Notes under the pieces: generated by a model
Told to the model about the DNA's origin: nothing
The model's input: the letters and a program-made list of their open reading frames with translations, nothing else
The model's database searches: none
Position numbers and translations under genes: made by a program
Origin: an uncultured SAR116 cluster alpha proteobacterium
GTDB lineage: Bacteria > Pseudomonadota > Alphaproteobacteria > Puniceispirillales > Puniceispirillaceae
Direction: 5' to 3'
Assembly: GCA_902625725.1 (NCBI GenBank)
Contig: CACOCY010000003.1
Coordinates: 146,905-210,904, forward strand
Length of the DNA stretch: 64,000 bases
Shown: piece after piece, positions 57,388 through 64,000 of the stretch
Numbering within the stretch: the stretch's first letter is position 1
Layout of the letters: every line of letters begins with the position of its first letter

Positions 57388-58269
57388 CTAAAATATTCTT
57401 CGATTAGTAATAATATTAAGTTCATTATTAGTAATTTTTCTTATTTGAATATCATAATGCTTTAAAATTATGAGTTTGAATTTTGACACATAGAAATTCA
57501 TTTTCTCTTTAACTCTTGAAAGTTGTGAAAATTTATTAGCACCGGTTCCAATTCCAATGTTCGAGGTAAAGGACGAAGATAATACCAAACTTGGTTTATT
57601 TATTATTTTATTGAAACCAATCCACTGATTAGCCCATAATGCTTTATTTTGAAATAATGTTTCTTGTAATCTTAAATAAGAATCTTCACCAATCTCAATA
57701 ATGTACTCTTTTTTATCAATGGACTTTAGCAAAGAATCAGAACACTCTCTTCTAAAATAGTTCCAATTCTTTGCACTTGAAAACCAGCCCCAACATTGCA
57801 TCCGATAAGTCTCAATAAATTTTACCTGTTTGAAAAAATTCCTCACATTAATTCCAAAAGGACAGTATAAACATACGCAACTGTAATCTTCGAATATTTT
57901 TGTCTTTAAAACTCTACTTATTATATCATCAAGATTAGCCAGAAGAATTATATCATCTTCAAAGACAAAGAAATACTCAAAGTCATGAGCAATTTTGTCT
58001 ATGCCTTTGTAAATTGAATTTTTTAGTCCTATATTTACATCCGATATTTTGAAGTCAAAGTCTAAAAATTTTTCTCTTAGTAATAAAATTTCTTCTAATT
58101 TTTTCTTGTCATTTTTGTTTTTTGGACCGTCAATAAAGACAATTACCTTTGTCATATAGCTCGATAAATTGGTAAATGTTGATAGTCTTGAGAGTGTCTT
58201 TCCAAGCTCTTTTGGTCTATTATAACCAAAAACTGCTATTCCTATTGTATTTTCATAATCATTTATCAT
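57388..58269 (-). CDS. Putative GT-A-fold glycosyltransferase (unassigned family)
   Basis: IGIAVFGYNRPKEL ... VIVFIDGP ... FVFEDDIIL looks like a Rossmann-like GT-A core with an EDD (DxD-like) motif. Start moved to MINDYEN (58269) to remove a 53-nt overlap. Confidence 0.5.
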   Translation of the reverse strand: MINDYENTIGIAVFGYNRPKELGKTLSRLSTFTNLSSYMTKVIVFIDGPKNKNDKKKLEEILLLREKFLDFDFKISDVNIGLKNSIYKGIDKIAHDFEYFFVFEDDIILLANLDDIISRVLKTKIFEDYSCVCLYCPFGINVRNFFKQVKFIETYRMQCWGWFSSAKNWNYFRRECSDSLLKSIDKKEYIIEIGEDSYLRLQETLFQNKALWANQWIGFNKIINKPSLVLSSSFTSNIGIGTGANKFSQLSRVKEKMNFYVSKFKLIILKHYDIQIRKITNNELNIITNRRIF

Positions 58270-58282
58270 ATTTTTTGGCAAC

Positions 58283-59197
58283 CTATTTATAGCTTTCCGC
58301 CAGATATTCGTATGTTTGCTCAATACCAAATTCAAGAGGAGTACTAGGTTTCCAATTTAGCGTCCTTATTGCTTTTCCAATATTCGCATAATTTTGCTCA
58401 ATTTCTCCATTCTTTGCAGAAATATATTGTATGTCCAAATTTTTTTTTGAGACCTTTGTAAGGTTTTCCAAAAGTTCGTTCACAGAAGTAGGTGTACCAG
58501 ACCCTAATTGGAAAACACCTCTCAGTTGATCTTTCATTAGGCAACAATCTAACGCATCAACTAAATCTTCAACAAAAAGAAAATCTCTTGTCTGATTACC
58601 ATCCCCATAGACATGAATCGTTTCTTTATTAAGGATCTGCTTTATAAACTTGGCCACCGCACTCTCCTTATTTCTGCAATATTTTCCGTATATATTACTA
58701 AATCTTAAATTAATGATGTCCATATCGTAAGACCCACTAAATGCTGAAGAGAATGCCTCATTGCATAATTTTGATGCTCCATAGGGACTTATTGGTTTTG
58801 GCAAAAAACTCTCGTCAATGGGCGGTGTAGTATCGCCTACTATTGCACCTCCAGAAGAGGCATTTATTACTTTTTTTATCCCCAATTCCCTTGAGGCCAT
58901 TAGTATATCAAAAAAACCTTTCACATTATAAACGAAACTTAAAGAAGGATTCTCAATCGATTCCAAAACCCTAGTATGTCCAGCCAGATTTATCACCACA
59001 TCTGAGCCCTCTAATGAATTCATTATTTGATCATTAGAGGCAGTGCCAATCTCTAAATGTTCAAATTCTAAATACCCCGAATTATTAAATCCATTGTCGA
59101 GAACCCTAAATTCATATTTTTTTTCGAGGCTGCGTACTATATTAGTCCCTATAAACCCCGCACCTCCAATTATTGAAATCACAGTTTCAACCCTCAA
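58283..59197 (-). CDS. NAD-dependent sugar-nucleotide epimerase/dehydratase (extended SDR)
   Basis: IIGGAGFIGTNIV glycine-rich motif and the YGASK catalytic motif. Confidence 0.85.
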   Translation of the reverse strand: MRVETVISIIGGAGFIGTNIVRSLEKKYEFRVLDNGFNNSGYLEFEHLEIGTASNDQIMNSLEGSDVVINLAGHTRVLESIENPSLSFVYNVKGFFDILMASRELGIKKVINASSGGAIVGDTTPPIDESFLPKPISPYGASKLCNEAFSSAFSGSYDMDIINLRFSNIYGKYCRNKESAVAKFIKQILNKETIHVYGDGNQTRDFLFVEDLVDALDCCLMKDQLRGVFQLGSGTPTSVNELLENLTKVSKKNLDIQYISAKNGEIEQNYANIGKAIRTLNWKPSTPLEFGIEQTYEYLAESYK

Positions 59198-60176
59198 TAA
59201 TAAATTTTTTTAAGTTCTCTTGCATCTTCGTTTGATATTGATACTCAATTTTTTCCTTTCTAGCAGTCAAAATGTTATTTGCAAATTCGTCAAATGTTAA
59301 CTTTTTATCATAATCTCCAAGGTATACTTCAGATTTTTCGGAAATAACGGGAACTGAAAAGTTTTTTGCTTCTTCAAAAATTCTAGGTACTCCTTCGTTT
59401 TGTCCTGTTAAAACTATACCGTAGCAACTCTTGAGAAGCGCCAGGATAACTAATTTATCTAAACTACCAACATATCGAACATTCTTGTGATTTAATATTT
59501 GTTTAACCAGAACTTTCCTTTTTTCTCTCAATCTTCCACAAATTATTAAAATAAACTCAGAGGTATTTATTATATCCAACAATTTTAAAATAGACTCTGG
59601 TGATTTATCTTTCTGAATACCATGAGCATAAACCAAATATTTCTTACTTTGAACAGATTGGATTAATTTTTTGTCATCAGATGACATAGGAGTTTTTAAA
59701 TTAAATACTCGCTTGTTTTGTTTCGATAATTTTTTATTTATCTCACTACCACAGGCTATAAATTTAAAATTTGTAAATAAGTCAATATAAGGAAAAAATT
59801 CTTTATCTCTTACATCTATTATGAGAGCATTGATATTTGCTGGCCTGCTTGCAAAGTATCTTATCAACCGGCTTCTTGATAGAAAAGACGACTGTATCCA
59901 GATTTGAGAATTGGTATTTCTAATCCAAAACAACAAACAAACGAAAAATATAAAAAAAGTTACCTGATTGCATTTATGAAATACAAAATCCAAAAAATTT
60001 ATATTATCTTTTCCAGTTGTTTTAAAAAAAATATTTGTAGAGTTTTTATCAATTGTTCCAAAATCACTAAATTTGTGAATATAAGAATTTATATCACTCT
60101 CTGAAATAAACTTTGTGTATGAAGAAAAACCACCCGAATTTGATGAATTTCCAAGATTAAAAAAATATATTTTCAT
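59187..60176 (-). CDS. Divergent GT-B (GT1/GT4-like) glycosyltransferase
   Basis: The C-terminal GQNEGVPRIFEEAKNFSVPVIS resembles the E(x7)E sugar-donor motif region. The N-terminal half is unrecognisable. Confidence 0.5.
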   Translation of the reverse strand: MKIYFFNLGNSSNSGGFSSYTKFISESDINSYIHKFSDFGTIDKNSTNIFFKTTGKDNINFLDFVFHKCNQVTFFIFFVCLLFWIRNTNSQIWIQSSFLSRSRLIRYFASRPANINALIIDVRDKEFFPYIDLFTNFKFIACGSEINKKLSKQNKRVFNLKTPMSSDDKKLIQSVQSKKYLVYAHGIQKDKSPESILKLLDIINTSEFILIICGRLREKRKVLVKQILNHKNVRYVGSLDKLVILALLKSCYGIVLTGQNEGVPRIFEEAKNFSVPVISEKSEVYLGDYDKKLTFDEFANNILTARKEKIEYQYQTKMQENLKKFIIEG

Positions 60177-60259
60177 TAGACTTCTTATAAATGTTTATTA
60201 AATATTTTTTAAATAGGTGACTAAAATTTTTATGTGAATAAATAAAGTAATAAATAGGG

Positions 60260-61690
60260 CTAGTTGTAATCAAGGGTCAGCAACTTCTTTGCTAATTTTA
60301 AAGAGCTTTGAATATAAAGTTTTTCTTTAGGGGGCGTTTTATGAGATTTAGTGTCATTTAAGAATAGTTCCAGATCATCTTTACAGCCTGAAGTCCAATA
60401 GAATTGTTCGTCTAATATCTCATCTTTGTATAATTCAAATGAATCTTTACCATAAAGCAGAGTTTTAACTTGAAAAAGAGATGCTTCAAAACAAGTTGAG
60501 CTGAAGCGCGTAATATGAAAATCAACTTCATCAAATAATGCATATAAGTCTAATTTACTATTATCAAAACAAAAATTTGAATTACTTATTCCAACAAAAT
60601 ATTTTTTTATTTCTTTCATTTTTACCTTATTGTTTGGGTGTAATCGGAAAATAAAATAGTAGGATTTGTCATTCTTTCTCATAAATTCTAAAATAAAATC
60701 TGGTATAAGTTTGGTCTCACTCCATACGATTGGTTGCAGAGTAACAAGGATTTTTTTTATATTTTTTTCTTGAAACAGGCTTTTGTTTTTGACCTTGAAT
60801 TTCTCATTCTGCTTCCAATAGTCTATCCAGGGGTAACCACCAACAAAAGGAATATGTGTTTTTCTATCCTTACTGGTCTTCAGCATCTGCTTGGCGCTCG
60901 GTTCACCCCAACACCAGAAGTAGTCAGGCATCATTACATATTTTTCCTTATGTGAAATATGTCTCCACCCACTATACATAGCATTGAATTTACCTTGTTT
61001 TCCGTGCTGTACATCAATTACTTTTATTCCAAGTTTTTTTGCAGCCGCTACTATTCCCATCATGGTAGGATTATACCAACAGACAACATAAATTATTTTT
61101 ACATTACGGTGCTTGATCAGAAATTCATTTGCTGTTTTGAAAGAAGCATTAAATTGTCTTAGTGATTTCTGAAACGCATTAACCAAACTTTTAGGCTCTA
61201 AATCGACTTCGCATGCTATATTATTTAATATATTCAAGTCATAAGAATTGATTTGAAGATTTTTTGTTTTTGCAGAAACAAACACGGTTGATGAGAATTG
61301 AAGTTTAATTGCTGGGGATATGAACTTAATATAATATTTCTCAAAAGATTTTGGGGTATTCAAGGAGTATATAAGAGGGTCTATAATTCTATCAAAGTAG
61401 TTCCCATTTTTTAGAAGTTGGAGGTAAATAGGGGAAGAAAAAAATAAATAGCTTGCTTCCTTGTTACTACTACGTGCCAAATTAACAATTTTCGCTAAGA
61501 ATGATTTTAGAAAATGAAAAATGTTGCTTTCTAAGATAACATGATTTCTTTTTTTAGAGGTATTCTGAAGTTGTGTCCAGAGAGTTCGCCGAAGCAGCGG
61601 CCATACATTTATTTTATCGATTTCTAACTCTCTAAATTTTTCATTTCTCTCTATTTTCATAACTTTTTTGTAGGCTTCGGAAATCTTCAT
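60260..61690 (-). CDS. Hypothetical; possible CMP-ulosonic-acid (sialyl/Kdo-type) glycosyltransferase
   Basis: 476 aa directly downstream of neuB/neuA. Contains FRLHPNNK (HP motif) and ITRFSSTCFEAS (SS/T motif) in the C-terminal half. Assignment is by context and motif recollection only. Confidence 0.4.
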   Translation of the reverse strand: MKISEAYKKVMKIERNEKFRELEIDKINVWPLLRRTLWTQLQNTSKKRNHVILESNIFHFLKSFLAKIVNLARSSNKEASYLFFSSPIYLQLLKNGNYFDRIIDPLIYSLNTPKSFEKYYIKFISPAIKLQFSSTVFVSAKTKNLQINSYDLNILNNIACEVDLEPKSLVNAFQKSLRQFNASFKTANEFLIKHRNVKIIYVVCWYNPTMMGIVAAAKKLGIKVIDVQHGKQGKFNAMYSGWRHISHKEKYVMMPDYFWCWGEPSAKQMLKTSKDRKTHIPFVGGYPWIDYWKQNEKFKVKNKSLFQEKNIKKILVTLQPIVWSETKLIPDFILEFMRKNDKSYYFIFRLHPNNKVKMKEIKKYFVGISNSNFCFDNSKLDLYALFDEVDFHITRFSSTCFEASLFQVKTLLYGKDSFELYKDEILDEQFYWTSGCKDDLELFLNDTKSHKTPPKEKLYIQSSLKLAKKLLTLDYN

Positions 61691-61712
61691 ATTCCATCCA
61701 TAATTCTCTAAC

Positions 61713-62759
61713 TTACTTTAAATCATCAATAAAAAGCTGCTGAAATTGTCTTTTGTGACATTTTAATTTTTTACCCTCGACTGTTTTTGGAAAATCAATC
61801 GGTGCTATTCCCTCTTCGTCTGATTGAACTCGTAGGTATTTCACATGTTTTTGCTGAATAATTGTTCCTTTTGTTAAATCTTGGGCAGCCACTATAGATT
61901 TTTTTTGAAACTTCCTATACTTTAAATCAGCAGCGGTCAAATTATCAAAATCATCCAAACCCAGAGCTAAATTTGCAATTCGAATATTGCGCACATATCG
62001 CTCAAACTCCTGCGGTTCTAACGCTGCCTCGAAGTCTACCTTATCTGCCTCTCTTTTTAAAATTATATGCTTTTCCAAAAATGTTGCCCCCCGTCCAATT
62101 GCGAGAAGATCTATCCAGGAACATAATTCTAAGTTAGGGTCTGTATGATCAGCATAGATTATCAAACCACCAAAATCTCTTTTTAGTTTGCTAATTCTAT
62201 TTATATTTAAATTTTCTAATTTTGTTGGAAAATTTTGAATTCCATGCATCAAAATTAAATCTTTTTGTCCACAATCAAGAACAAATTTTATGGCTGCTTT
62301 TATTTCTGAATAAGTGGATGAACCTGTGCCTAAGGTCATTGGAACGCCGAATTTGGCTGCTCCCTCTAAAATTTTAGGATTACTTAGTTCTGATGAATTT
62401 AATTTTATCAAATCAGGTTGAAAATTTGCTGCTAAATCTAAACTAGGTTCATCATAAATAAATAAGGAGAGATCTATTTTAACACTCCTGACATAATCAA
62501 CCAGATATTTCCATTGTGAGGAAGAAAATTTTAATTTCTCGAGCGTTTTATATAGCTTGGAACTTGGAACCATGTTCGCTGCTGGATTAAAAATTTGCAG
62601 TTGTACACAGTCCGCACCAGATTTTACGACTGCATCTATCAACAATTTAGCAATTTCCAAATCGCCTTGATGAGCACAAGCAACTTCCCCAATTATATAA
62701 GGGGGTGATTTGTCGGTATACTCTTTTCCTGCTATTATGACTGACGAATTTAATTTCAT
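61713..62759 (-). CDS. neuB: Nonulosonic acid (N-acetylneuraminate-family) synthase
   Basis: YIIGEVACAHQGDLEIAKLLIDAVVKSGADCVQLQIF is a NeuB TIM-barrel N-terminus. A C-terminal SAF-like domain is present. Confidence 0.88.
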   Translation of the reverse strand: MKLNSSVIIAGKEYTDKSPPYIIGEVACAHQGDLEIAKLLIDAVVKSGADCVQLQIFNPAANMVPSSKLYKTLEKLKFSSSQWKYLVDYVRSVKIDLSLFIYDEPSLDLAANFQPDLIKLNSSELSNPKILEGAAKFGVPMTLGTGSSTYSEIKAAIKFVLDCGQKDLILMHGIQNFPTKLENLNINRISKLKRDFGGLIIYADHTDPNLELCSWIDLLAIGRGATFLEKHIILKREADKVDFEAALEPQEFERYVRNIRIANLALGLDDFDNLTAADLKYRKFQKKSIVAAQDLTKGTIIQQKHVKYLRVQSDEEGIAPIDFPKTVEGKKLKCHKRQFQQLFIDDLK

Positions 62760-63496
62760 AAGAAATCACTATCTGCAAGGTTCAATTCTATCAATGCCTG
62801 TGCTAGCATTAAGTCTTCTTTTGTATCTATATCGATAGAGCTGAAATAAGACATGTCGAAGCCTTTCATTTCGCCTAGAAAAAAACTTTTATTTTTTAAA
62901 AAAGAACTAATCTTTGAAAAATACATCGAACCATTGGGTCTGTAGAAAATTTTTTGGTCTTGCGAACGTGTATTACCTGATATAAGTGGAGAATCAGGTA
63001 TAAATGGGGTTGCTTTATTATTATTGGGATCAATGCTCAATGCCATTTGAGGTGGAAAATTAAATGGACCCAAACTTACTACTGTATCTGAATTTTTATC
63101 GAATAATTCAATTGCTTTTTTAAAATGTTTTTGTCTTCGGAATGGTGCAGTAGGGAGTAACATGGCAAAACTAGAAAATTTTTCTTTTATTTCAGCTCTG
63201 TTACATATTTCAAAAATAACATCCACAACTTTTGTTTTGTCATCTGCCAATCCTGGCGGTCTATCATCGATTATTAAATTTGTATATTCTTTGCACAATT
63301 GAATTATTGACAGTGAGTCAGTTGTAACCATAATTTCTGAAAAAATATTGGATTTTATAGCTGCATCTATACTGTGACAAATTAGAGATTTACCTCCAAG
63401 CATAATTGTATTTTTGTTTGGTAATCGCTTCGAACCTCCTCGAGCTGGAATAATAGCCAAAATCTTTTGATTATTATAGAAGTCCATTGTCTTCAT
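62756..63496 (-). CDS. neuA: CMP-nonulosonic acid synthetase (acylneuraminate cytidylyltransferase family)
   Basis: ILAIIPARGGSKRLPNKN N-terminal motif. 4-nt overlaps on both sides. Confidence 0.88.
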   Translation of the reverse strand: MKTMDFYNNQKILAIIPARGGSKRLPNKNTIMLGGKSLICHSIDAAIKSNIFSEIMVTTDSLSIIQLCKEYTNLIIDDRPPGLADDKTKVVDVIFEICNRAEIKEKFSSFAMLLPTAPFRRQKHFKKAIELFDKNSDTVVSLGPFNFPPQMALSIDPNNNKATPFIPDSPLISGNTRSQDQKIFYRPNGSMYFSKISSFLKNKSFFLGEMKGFDMSYFSSIDIDTKEDLMLAQALIELNLADSDFL

Positions 63497-64000
63497 TCAA
63501 AATCGATTTGTGGCTGATTTTTTATTGAGAAATTTGACCAGCCTTTTTCATCAAAGAATTCTATTAATCTACTTTGTTTCTGCTTTGAAAGTTCTTTAAG
63601 TGGCGGTCTCTCAATAGGAGGAAGAAGGCCAAAATAATTGAGACAGAATTTTAACTGTGTGTGCCAGCCTAGTTCGACCGCTAAATCAAAATAATCATCC
63701 TCGTATCTTTGCACTATTTCATTAGCAATAGTATTTTTCCCATCTTTAATTGCAAGATGGAAATCTATCTCTATTTTTGGGAAGAAACTCCCTAATCCAA
63801 CAAGGTTACACTTTGCGCCAGCTTGCTTGTCTCTAAGGAAGTTTCGCATTGCGCCAGCCCCTATTATTGCTCCTTTATGTCCAAAATGCCTGTGTATTTT
63901 GTATGAATAGCTTGCATCCATACATTCCTCTTTTAAACCAACCAAATTGGAAATGTTTAATAATTTATCCAACAGTTTAAGAGAATACTGGACCGTCCCA
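63493..64000 (-). CDS. DHDPS/N-acetylneuraminate-lyase-family protein, N-terminus beyond window edge
   Basis: The reading frame is open to position 64000; the track Met at 63972 is probably internal. LVGLKEE, a GA..G pattern and the C-terminal IERPPLKEL resemble the C-terminal half of DapA/NanA-family aldolases. Confidence 0.55.
   Translation of the reverse strand, partial: GTVQYSLKLLDKLLNISNLVGLKEECMDASYSYKIHRHFGHKGAIIGAGAMRNFLRDKQAGAKCNLVGLGSFFPKIEIDFHLAIKDGKNTIANEIVQRYEDDYFDLAVELGWHTQLKFCLNYFGLLPPIERPPLKELSKQKQSRLIEFFDEKGWSNFSIKNQPQIDFE

Overview
This is an AT-rich, tightly packed bacterial chromosome segment. Many adjacent genes overlap by 4-14 nt. I found about 56 protein genes and one tRNA-Arg(CCG). 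I found no rRNA, CRISPR array, transposase or integrase. The synteny addA-addB-tsaE / ahcY / rapZ / ChvG-ChvI-type two-component pair / polA / zf-CHCC mini-protein points to a streamlined free-living alphaproteobacterium; this is inference from recognised families, since no search was possible.

The window falls into four blocks:
- 1-15.4 kb: housekeeping genes.
- 18.8-32.8 kb: a compact purine uptake and oxidation module. It comprises a BMP-type ABC importer, an 8-oxoguanine/guanine-deaminase-like amidohydrolase, XdhABC, HIU hydrolase, a PuuD-type cytochrome c urate hydroxylase and OHCU decarboxylase, with a pseudoazurin gene wedged inside.
- 33-55 kb: a mixed metabolic and transport stretch. 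It holds several poorly explained genes: a cysteine-free (zinc-less) sirtuin, two bare cNMP-binding-domain proteins abutting an MBL hydrolase, a binding-protein-less TupBC-like importer, a K/E-rich tail-anchored protein and an orphan 226-aa protein.
- 55-64 kb: a markedly lower-GC, single-strand surface-glycan island. It combines a UDP-sulfoquinovose synthase (SqdB/SQD1 type) with nonulosonic-acid genes (neuB, neuA, a DHDPS/NAL-like gene) and several divergent glycosyltransferases.

I see no canonical defence or mobile system. The candidates most worth follow-up are the PuuD-pseudoazurin pairing, the sulfoquinovose plus nonulosonic-acid glycan island, the zinc-less sirtuin and the stand-alone cNMP-binding pair. 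All functional calls rest on motif recognition by eye, not on database searches.
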